NCBI GenBank assembly: GCA_023429565.1
Contig: JAEZDJ010000065.1
Location: 3,501-67,500, forward strand
Direction: 5' to 3'
Source: Actinomycetes bacterium
GTDB taxonomy: Bacteria; Actinomycetota; Coriobacteriia; Coriobacteriales; Eggerthellaceae
DNA: 64,000 nucleotides
Shown here: positions 55,136 to 62,744 of the stretch, piece after piece
Position numbering within the stretch: the first letter of the stretch is position 1
Layout: each line of letters starts with the position of its first letter
Translations under genes and position numbers: made by a program
The notes under the pieces: model-generated
What the model was told of the DNA's origin: nothing
Databases searched by the model: none
What the model saw: only the letters and a program-made list of their open reading frames with translations

Positions 55136-56608
55136 ATGGCAATGAAAGAGGATAGGGCCGTCTCCAAACGCCGTCTCGGCGCTATGGAGTTGTTGGGGAT
55201 CTGCGGATTCGCATTCTTTTTCGGATGGATGCTTGTTGCGTTTTATTGGCTGTTCGTCATATTCTTGCAGGATATTCCCATCGCTCTGCGCGACGGCATC
55301 CAACTTTTCATTTTCATCGGAATGGCATCAGGCTACATGGTCCTTCATCTTGTTGCCAAGAGACTCGAAATCAACCGAATCGCGGTTCCCATGCTGGCTG
55401 CCGAGGCAATGCTCACACTCCTCTTGCCCTTATGCGCATTGGCCTTGAGCTTTGGCATCGCGCTGCCGGTCCCGCTGCTCTGCGGCGTCAACCTCCTCAC
55501 CGGCCTATGTGGCGCTTCCCTCACAGTCGGTTGGTTGGATGTCAGCAGTCGCATACGACTGCTGAGCCTTGAGCGATTCACGAGCCTATCACTCGTGGGC
55601 GGAGGAATTCTTTTCTTGTTCGTCGCGTTAATGCCAACCAATATGCAGCCGTTTTTCTGCATCATGTACGCGCTCGCAAGCATCGGCCTTCAGGCATTCG
55701 CTGGAGCTCGCGCCAGGGACGACACCGATACGTCGACAATCAGACATCAAAAGAGCCCATGGAAATTCACCAAAGAGATCGAGCCATCGCTTGTGGCATT
55801 CGGCATCGTGTTTGGACTCACGTTCGTTTACCTGTTCAATTCAGGAACTGATGCAGTGCTCGTCGGTCTGCTCTTCGTTATTCCGGGCGCGGGAATCGTC
55901 GCTGCGTTTGCCCTACAAGGCAAGGCCATCGGCATCATAGCGATCCAACGGATCCTGCTTTGCGTGACAGTTCTGGCCTGCCTCGCCATTCCCTTCTCCA
56001 CCGAAAGCGTGCAGCTCGCCTGCTCTTGTCTCGTCGTCGCCTCCTGGGCTGCGTTCATCTCCATCAACTACGCCCTCGTCGTCAAGAAGAGCATCAGACA
56101 AGAAGACACCTCAGTGTTCCGACAAATTCCTCTCAGGCTGGTGTTCAGTGCCCTAGGGTTCTTTCTTGGCTGGGGCGTAGCGACCGCTATCACCGCATAT
56201 TACGGTGCCCACTCCGATGCCTTCACCGTCGTGCGCCTCTCGATGGCATTCATCTTGGTTGCCGTCATCATGCTGTTCTTTCCCGTCGATCGCCATCATG
56301 ACGATGTCGCGCACAACAACAACACCGCTCCCTCTCCTTTGTCCTTGGAGTCCAGCACGAAAGAACCGTTCGACAGTCGCTGCGCGGCCGTTGCCGAGCT
56401 CTACCAGCTTTCTCCCCGAGAGACCGACATTCTCAAGTTCCTCGCCAAAGGGCGCAACGCCGCCTATATCCAGAGCAAGCTGACCATATCCCCACATACC
56501 GTCAAGAGCCATATTTACAACATCTACCGCAAGCTCAACATTCATTCCCAACAGAAGCTCATGGATTTCGTTGAAGACTGCCCGATCGATGGACCAAAAC
56601 CAGGTTAG
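55136..56608 (+). CDS. LuxR-family transcriptional regulator with polytopic N-terminal membrane domain
   Basis: About 400 aa of repeated hydrophobic helices, then LSPRETDILKFLAKGRNAAYIQSKLTISPHTVKSHIYNIYRKLNIHSQQKLMDFV (GerE/LuxR HTH). ATG at 55136 follows AAGGGGGA. Start uncertain: 55115 or 55142 are alternatives. Confidence 0.85.
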   Translation: MAMKEDRAVSKRRLGAMELLGICGFAFFFGWMLVAFYWLFVIFLQDIPIALRDGIQLFIFIGMASGYMVLHLVAKRLEINRIAVPMLAAEAMLTLLLPLCALALSFGIALPVPLLCGVNLLTGLCGASLTVGWLDVSSRIRLLSLERFTSLSLVGGGILFLFVALMPTNMQPFFCIMYALASIGLQAFAGARARDDTDTSTIRHQKSPWKFTKEIEPSLVAFGIVFGLTFVYLFNSGTDAVLVGLLFVIPGAGIVAAFALQGKAIGIIAIQRILLCVTVLACLAIPFSTESVQLACSCLVVASWAAFISINYALVVKKSIRQEDTSVFRQIPLRLVFSALGFFLGWGVATAITAYYGAHSDAFTVVRLSMAFILVAVIMLFFPVDRHHDDVAHNNNTAPSPLSLESSTKEPFDSRCAAVAELYQLSPRETDILKFLAKGRNAAYIQSKLTISPHTVKSHIYNIYRKLNIHSQQKLMDFVEDCPIDGPKPG

Positions 56609-56793
56609 GGAACCGAAGCGCAAACAGAGCTCGGGACGCTCTATCGCGACAGCGTCCGCCTTCCCCTCGCAACCGCCGAACTTCATTCATACTCCTTTTC
56701 AAAGCCTCATGCTCTTATGCTGATTCCATCGACGCATACCCGTTGCATGAGAAGCTCATACTCCCGCCATGCTTCACTTCAGTAATCCCGAGA

Positions 56794-56815
56794 GGGGCGG
56801 ATCACATGGGGCGGA
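56794..56815 (+). repeat. Direct repeat GGGGCGGA-N6-GGGGCGGA upstream of Mo-enzyme B
   Basis: Copies at 56794-56801 and 56808-56815, 38 nt before ATG 56853. Confidence 0.7.
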
Positions 56816-56852
56816 CACCCGACAGGTCCGAGTGAACGCGAGAGGAGAAGCA

Positions 56853-59231
56853 ATGGTGGAAAATGCAGTCACGGAAAAGGACCGCGACGAGATAGGAACA
56901 TCCAAAGAAGAGAATCAGTTCAATTTCGGTGCCGGAGAAAAACAGGAGGTCGACCCGCGCTGGAAGCATCCCGGCAAGTGGCAGTATGAAGAAGACGGCA
57001 TGATCGTCACCCGTACGTCAGTGTGGTCCGCGCCGGGCTGCCATGAGGGCTGCGGCGTGTTGGTGTACTCCGACAAAGACACCGGGAAGTTCATCAAGTG
57101 CGAGGGCGATCCAGACGATCCCTACAACCGCGGCGCACTATGCCCGCGCTGTCTGGCTTTCAAGCAGGTCCAATTTCATCCCGACCGCATTCTGCACCCC
57201 ATGAAACGCTCCGGCGAACGCGGCCAAGGCACATGGAAACGCATCACCTGGGACGAGGCGCTTGATACCTGCTATCGAGAATTCCGTCGAATTTCCATGA
57301 CCTACGGCGGCGACTCCATCCACGCGCTGCGCGGCACCGCCCGCGACAACCAGTGGCAGGTCGGCCGCATGGCCAACACATTCGGAAGCCCCAACGAGTA
57401 CGGCTTCCTGTCCGGCACGGCATGCTATCTACCCCGCCTGTCACTCATGATCATGACATACGGAGGAATGCTCATTGCCGACTTCTCACAGTTTTCGGCA
57501 CTGCGCTACGATGATCCGGAGTGGATATGCCCCGAATGCACTATCGTATGGGGCTGCAACCCCACCATTTCCAATCCTGATTTCTTCATGGGTCACTGGG
57601 TCACCGATGCCATGAAGCTAGGCTGCAAGCTCATCTCCGTCGAACCACGTGTGACCTGGCTTGCGGCCCAGGCAGACATCCACCTGCAGCTGCGACCGGG
57701 CACCGACACGGCACTTGCATTGGGCATGATCAAGGTCATCGTGGACGAAGACCTCTACGACCATGACTTCGTTGACAAGTGGACTTACGGCTTCGACGAG
57801 CTGGCCGCTCGCGCCGGAGAGCTGTCGCTAGATCAGGTAGAAGAAATGACCTGGGTTCCCAAAGACAAGATCGCCAATGCCGCACGCTTGTTTGCCACCT
57901 CTCATCCAGCAAACGTCGTATGGGGGCTTGCCGTGGACATGCAGAGCCAAGGAACCCCCTGCGCGGCCGCCATCGCAGCCCTGTGGACCATCACAGGCAA
58001 CCTAGACGTGCCGGGTGGCATGTGCTATACCGCATCACCCATGGGAGTCGACCAGCCATCCGCCGGCGCGTGGGGCATTTACGATCTCATTTCAGAGGAG
58101 ATGCAGAAGAAGCGAGTAGGGTGGAAAGAGTTTCCCATGTACCGCTATGGCCTCACCCAGGCGATGCCTGACATGTGTCTAGAATACATGGAAAACGACA
58201 AGGTCAAAGGCGTATGGATTCAGACATCCAACGGCATCGCCTGCATGAGCTGCGAGGTCGACCGTTGGTATAAGGCCATGAAGAAGCCTGAGTTCATTGC
58301 AGCGGTCGACATCTTCATGACACCGACCATCCAATCATGTGCCGACATCGTCATGCCAGCGCAAACCTGGGCCGAGAAGCACTCCGTGCGCGCTCACTAT
58401 TATTTTCTGTCCGCCATCACCGGTGGCTGCACGGCCGAGGGCGAGGCGAAATCAGACTGCGAGATCAACCGCGAACTAGCCCAATACTTCGACAACGACG
58501 ACGAATTCAACCGCGCCATCGAACGCCCCGAGGGCAAACAGCACACCTGGCCGTGGGAAACAGAGGACGAGGTCTATGACGAGATCGTCAAACCCTCCGG
58601 CTTCACGTTTCAGAACCTCATGGAACATGGCCCCGTCTATCAGAAATACATTTACAAGAAGTATGAAAAGGGCCTCATGCGTCCCGATGGACTACCCGGA
58701 TTCAACACCCCTACCGGCCGCATTGAACTTTACTCCACGTTGTTCGAAAAGTTCGGCTACGACCCGCTGCCCTATATCGAAGAGCCCGGCATCGGCCCCG
58801 TCACCACGCCAGACCTTTATGAGAAATATCCGCTCATTATGATTACCGGTGCTCGCACGACCTCGTTCTTTCATTCCGAGCATCGTCAGATTCCTTATCT
58901 GCGTCAGCTGACGCCCGACCCATGGGTGCAGATACATCCACGCACTGCCTCAGCGCTCAACATCAACGAGGGCGACTGGGTTTGGATAGAGAACCACCGC
59001 GGCCGCTGTCGGCAGCGTGCCCGCATCACATTCGAAGTGCATGAGAAGGAAATCGCCGCACAGCATGGGTGGTGGTTTCCCGAGCAGGACGGAGCGGAAC
59101 CGAACTTGTATGGGCTCCGACAGTCCAACATCAACCAGCTTCTGGCAAACAAACCAGGCACCACCGGCTTTGGTGCCGATTTGAAATGCACGCTCTGCAA
59201 GGTCTATCGCTGCAAAGAGGAGGAACTGTAA
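56853..59231 (+). CDS. Molybdopterin oxidoreductase catalytic subunit B (paralogue of subunit A), no Tat signal
   Basis: 792 aa from the ATG after GAGAGGAGAAG. Shares the blocks W.YEEDGM, SAPGCHEGCG, EGDPDDPYNRGALCPRC, ITGNLDVPGG and HGWWFPE with subunit A. Confidence 0.85.
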   Translation: MVENAVTEKDRDEIGTSKEENQFNFGAGEKQEVDPRWKHPGKWQYEEDGMIVTRTSVWSAPGCHEGCGVLVYSDKDTGKFIKCEGDPDDPYNRGALCPRCLAFKQVQFHPDRILHPMKRSGERGQGTWKRITWDEALDTCYREFRRISMTYGGDSIHALRGTARDNQWQVGRMANTFGSPNEYGFLSGTACYLPRLSLMIMTYGGMLIADFSQFSALRYDDPEWICPECTIVWGCNPTISNPDFFMGHWVTDAMKLGCKLISVEPRVTWLAAQADIHLQLRPGTDTALALGMIKVIVDEDLYDHDFVDKWTYGFDELAARAGELSLDQVEEMTWVPKDKIANAARLFATSHPANVVWGLAVDMQSQGTPCAAAIAALWTITGNLDVPGGMCYTASPMGVDQPSAGAWGIYDLISEEMQKKRVGWKEFPMYRYGLTQAMPDMCLEYMENDKVKGVWIQTSNGIACMSCEVDRWYKAMKKPEFIAAVDIFMTPTIQSCADIVMPAQTWAEKHSVRAHYYFLSAITGGCTAEGEAKSDCEINRELAQYFDNDDEFNRAIERPEGKQHTWPWETEDEVYDEIVKPSGFTFQNLMEHGPVYQKYIYKKYEKGLMRPDGLPGFNTPTGRIELYSTLFEKFGYDPLPYIEEPGIGPVTTPDLYEKYPLIMITGARTTSFFHSEHRQIPYLRQLTPDPWVQIHPRTASALNINEGDWVWIENHRGRCRQRARITFEVHEKEIAAQHGWWFPEQDGAEPNLYGLRQSNINQLLANKPGTTGFGADLKCTLCKVYRCKEEEL

Positions 59232-59590
59232 TGGCGCGCAATGGGATTCTTGTCGACTATCAGTACTGCACGGGGTGTTATTCATGCGAAGTCGCCTGTC
59301 AAGCCGAGCATGAGCTGCCACTCGAACAATGGGGCGTACGCGTCTTGCAAAATGGTCCTTGGCCAGTCAAGGACCATGAGGGCAACGAGACGGACAGCTT
59401 CATCTATGACTTCATCCCTTCATTCACGAAGATATGCGACCTATGCAACGCCCGTCAAGACAAGGGTAAGATTCCCACCTGCGTGTTCCACTGCCAGGCG
59501 AAGTGCATGGAGTTTGGTCCGATAGATGAGTTGGTGAAAATTCTCGATGCCAAGCCGCAGCAGTACCTCTGGGTGCCACCCTGCGCATAA
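59231..59590 (+). CDS. Small 4Fe-4S ferredoxin-type subunit B (119 aa)
   Basis: MARNGILVDYQYCTGCYSCEVAC...CDLC...CVFHCQAKC. Its ATG overlaps the upstream TAA (TAATG). Confidence 0.85.
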   Translation: MARNGILVDYQYCTGCYSCEVACQAEHELPLEQWGVRVLQNGPWPVKDHEGNETDSFIYDFIPSFTKICDLCNARQDKGKIPTCVFHCQAKCMEFGPIDELVKILDAKPQQYLWVPPCA

Positions 59591-59654
59591 GGCTCAAACT
59601 GCACGAGAGCAGGGCAACGCAGCATCGCTCCAATCTCGCTTTGAAGAGGACTTT

Positions 59655-59683
59655 GACATCCCTCGAATAAGGCGAGGGATGTC
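59655..59683 (+). promoter_or_regulatory. 11-bp perfect hairpin covering the Shine-Dalgarno region and first ATG of the downstream gene
   Basis: GACATCCCTCG-aataagg-CGAGGGATGTC. The 3' arm contains GAGGG and ATG 59679. Confidence 0.55.
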
Positions 59684-59687
59684 CATC

Positions 59688-60356
59688 ATGGCCAATTTCG
59701 CCACTTCCCAAGCGACCGAACAGGACAAGGAGCCATCCATGGACCACCAAGGCCTGAAAGACAGCATCAGCCGAGCACCGAGCACATCGCGTCCCGCCCT
59801 GGAACGCCTGCTCCTACACGTCACCGCTGGTGATTTGGTCGTTCCTGATTGGCTCCCCTACCTTGACGGCGCAAAAAACCATCGAGATTTCTTCGACGCC
59901 ATTTACGGCGACGAGGAAAAGAAGGAAACCCTCGTCTGGGCCGAATGGGCGAAGATGTCACACAAGGGCTGGATCAACCGTTTTGAACCGGATATTTGTC
60001 TGCAGAATGTAATCATCGAAGCCGATGGACTGCCCATCGGCTTCGAAAGTGGGGTTATGCTGGCTCCCACAGGAAGTCGCGACACCCTCACGAACTTCTA
60101 CGTGTTCAAAAGCAATGCCTTCAACACGAGCGCGGCAGAGTTCGTCACATCCATCGGTGGCGCGTTCTGCTGCGCGGGATACGCCTTCTTAGGTGTCTAC
60201 GGCCTCTACCGATACCGAGGAAACGTCATCCTCGAAGGGTGGCAGGTTGAAAGGCCCCCTCGCCCATTACCCGACGTACTCACACCCGTTTCAGCAGATA
60301 GCATTTGTGAATCCTCGGATTGCGCTCGAAATCATGGGGAATGGTACTCGCGGTGA
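59688..60356 (+). CDS. Hypothetical protein with a single C-terminal hydrophobic helix (tail-anchored?)
   Basis: MANFATSQATEQDKEPS... 222 aa. Hydrophobic segment FVTSIGGAFCCAGYAFLGVYGLY near the C-terminus. Start could be 59679. The last 77 nt overlap the convergent rlmL 3' end. Confidence 0.55.
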   Translation: MANFATSQATEQDKEPSMDHQGLKDSISRAPSTSRPALERLLLHVTAGDLVVPDWLPYLDGAKNHRDFFDAIYGDEEKKETLVWAEWAKMSHKGWINRFEPDICLQNVIIEADGLPIGFESGVMLAPTGSRDTLTNFYVFKSNAFNTSAAEFVTSIGGAFCCAGYAFLGVYGLYRYRGNVILEGWQVERPPRPLPDVLTPVSADSICESSDCARNHGEWYSR

Positions 60357-62580
60357 TGTCCTCGATGGAGACGCCATACTTTGCCAAGGCGTCCACGTCG
60401 GGCTTGAAGGTGCGCAGATTGCACGAGAACACGGCTTCTCCACCCTCCGACAAAAGACGCGACACCCCTATCAGAAGCTCCACGTGATCACGCTGGACGT
60501 CCCAGGTCCGCGTTCCCATCGCCTTGGAGTTTGAGAAGGTGGGAGGATCCACGAACACCAGGTCAAAACGGCGCGGGCTGCGACGGGTCTCGGTGATCCA
60601 TTCCATGACGTCGCTCCGCTCGAAGCTGTGTTCGGGGCCCTCGAAGCCGTTGGCCGCCATGTTGCGACGCGCCCACTCAAGATAGGTCTGGGACAGGTCG
60701 ACCGTCGTGGTCGAACACGCTCCCCCACCTGCAGCATGAACGCTTGCCGCACCCGTATAGGCAAACAGGTTGAGGAAATCGGCGCCCTTGGCCTTCGACC
60801 CCACCAACTCACGAGTCAGGCGGTGATCGAGAAACAGCCCCGTGTCCAGATATCCCGACAGATCGACCTCCAGCAGATAGCCATCCTCCTGCACCTGAGT
60901 GACGTACGAGCGCCGCCCCGCTGCCCGATATTGGCTTCCACCCCGGTCGCGCTGACGAACCTTGGAGAACACGTGGTCAGGACGCACGCCTAACACCACC
61001 GGCGCAAGCACCAGCACATCGTCGAAACGACGCTGGGCCTTAGCGGCATCGATGGACGAGGGGGCAGCGTATTCGGCGATATGGAGATACGTGTTCCCCG
61101 TGGCGCTTCCGGCGCCTTCGAACAGGTCGATGGCAACCGCATAGTCGGGCAGATCGGCATCATAGACGCGGTAGCAGGTGATCCCTTCGCGCTTTGCCCA
61201 CTTACGACGCTCCTTGGCCGCCTTGTGAAGGCGGAATGCGAATTGCTCGGAGTTTTGCTCGAACACCTCGATGCGATGCTCTGCGCCGCCTGCCGGATCA
61301 GGAACCGTCGCGACGGCCGGCTTCGTTGGCGGCCGATCGAACACGGAGGCAGACAATGCCACGCGGTCCTGCCCAAGGCACGCCCTCACGGCCGGCTCCA
61401 CACCAAAACGCGCCGCGACGCCCTCGCCCCCCGCAACGGCAAACACCGAACCTGCAGGAGATGCCAAGGAGGCTTGCGTGAAAGACGTCGCCTCCGCTTG
61501 GGCCTGGGCTTCCGACATGACGCCGTCTCGTGCTGACATGACGCACGCAATCAGGCAACGGGCAGAGCCGCCCTCCTCCTGCGCAGACACGGCTGCCACG
61601 CGCTCGACTATGCCAGCCATGCCCTCTGCGTCAGCAAACTCGATGCTCACCGCCTGACGGAGGCCTGCGCGCTTGACACGGCCACGTGCGCGGGAAATGG
61701 CGGGAGACGACGTGCTTGCACCGGCAAAACGGACATGGGAGAGATCGGGCGGAGCCGATGCCGGCATATCGACGGCGCCCGGCGTGACCGCCGAGGAAAG
61801 GCCCCGTTCGAAACGCTCGTCAGCCTCATCCAGCAGTTCTCCCCACACTTCCTCGTCAAAGGACGACCATCCTCGAAAGCCCCAGCGGCCTCGCGTGAGG
61901 CCAGGAGCCACGTCGCATGCCATCGAGGCCGCCTCCACGACAAGTGCGCCGTCGCCGCACGAAGGGTCGACGCAGGCGGCGTTCGTCGAAGCGAGCGCAG
62001 GCCACCCGGCCAAAGCAAGCAACCCTGCTGCCAACGCGCACTCAAGCGGAGCCTCGTCTCCGTCTTCGGGCGAAAGGTAGGTGCGGCGATAGAGCGACTC
62101 ACCCGACAGGTCGATCGATATCGTCGCCTTGTTCTCGCGCACCCTGACGTCAACGATCACGCCAGGATTGTCCACGTCGACGTCAGGACGCTGGCCCCAC
62201 ACGTCGCGCAGGCGGTCACAGACCGCATCCTTCACTTTGAGCCCTGTGAAACGCGTGTTGCGCAACGCGTCGTTCATGCCATGTCCCTGCACCGCCATGC
62301 TCACGCCGCGGGAAATGACGTCCTCCCAAGGAAGAGCCTTCACCCCTTCGTAGAGCGCATCGGCATCGACGGCTGCCACGCGACCGACGACCAGCGTCAC
62401 GCGGGACGCAAGGCGCGACCACAGGCAGACCTTGAGCGCATGACGCGCGTCGCAGAAAAAAGCCACGCCCCCGCCGAGGGGACGCACACGTCTGATCCCG
62501 ATATGCCTGATCTCCTCAGCCAAGGGCCTCTCCAATCCCGCAAGGCAGCTGGCGAACAGTTCAAGGTTTTCGTTTTCCAT
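60280..62580 (-). CDS. rlmL: Bifunctional 23S rRNA methyltransferase RlmK/L-like (THUMP + two class I MTase modules)
   Basis: MENENLELFASCLAGLERPLAEE (THUMP N-terminus), DPSCGDGALVVEAA and FAYTGAASVHAAGGGA SAM motifs, DPPTFSNSK. Track start is TTG 62595; the ATG at 62580 is more likely. Confidence 0.85.
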   Translation of the reverse strand: MENENLELFASCLAGLERPLAEEIRHIGIRRVRPLGGGVAFFCDARHALKVCLWSRLASRVTLVVGRVAAVDADALYEGVKALPWEDVISRGVSMAVQGHGMNDALRNTRFTGLKVKDAVCDRLRDVWGQRPDVDVDNPGVIVDVRVRENKATISIDLSGESLYRRTYLSPEDGDEAPLECALAAGLLALAGWPALASTNAACVDPSCGDGALVVEAASMACDVAPGLTRGRWGFRGWSSFDEEVWGELLDEADERFERGLSSAVTPGAVDMPASAPPDLSHVRFAGASTSSPAISRARGRVKRAGLRQAVSIEFADAEGMAGIVERVAAVSAQEEGGSARCLIACVMSARDGVMSEAQAQAEATSFTQASLASPAGSVFAVAGGEGVAARFGVEPAVRACLGQDRVALSASVFDRPPTKPAVATVPDPAGGAEHRIEVFEQNSEQFAFRLHKAAKERRKWAKREGITCYRVYDADLPDYAVAIDLFEGAGSATGNTYLHIAEYAAPSSIDAAKAQRRFDDVLVLAPVVLGVRPDHVFSKVRQRDRGGSQYRAAGRRSYVTQVQEDGYLLEVDLSGYLDTGLFLDHRLTRELVGSKAKGADFLNLFAYTGAASVHAAGGGACSTTTVDLSQTYLEWARRNMAANGFEGPEHSFERSDVMEWITETRRSPRRFDLVFVDPPTFSNSKAMGTRTWDVQRDHVELLIGVSRLLSEGGEAVFSCNLRTFKPDVDALAKYGVSIEDITASTIPHDFERNPRIHKCYLLKRV

Positions 62581-62638
62581 GAAACACGAATCCAATCGAG
62601 TCAGCGAGAAGCCTCCTCACATCAGCGACCGGTACATT

Positions 62639-62672
62639 CCGCACCCCCTGCGCTTCAGGGAAGGGGGTGCGG
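62639..62672 (-). other. 10-bp GC hairpin nested inside a longer-range 11-bp pairing (62607-62617 with 62691-62701)
   Basis: CCGCACCCCC ... GGGGGTGCGG; outer pairing GAAGCCTCCTC ... GAGGAGGCTTC. Confidence 0.5.
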
Positions 62673-62716
62673 AAGAGCCGATGACCATTGCGAGGAGGCT
62701 TCGCGGCGTCGGGCAA

Positions 62717-62742
62717 TCTCGCCGGCCTGCAGGCCGGCGAGA
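62717..62742 (-). terminator. 26-nt perfect palindrome 2 nt after the rpoD stop (U-tract-less terminator candidate)
   Basis: TCTCGCCGGCCTG|CAGGCCGGCGAGA. Confidence 0.5.
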
Positions 62743-62744
62743 CC

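Noticed and set aside
47091-59231. Selenocysteine (in-frame TGA) recoding in the Mo enzymes, as in formate dehydrogenases.
   Set aside because: Both catalytic ORFs are uninterrupted from the RBS-supported ATG to the stop. No in-frame TGA is needed to obtain full-length proteins.
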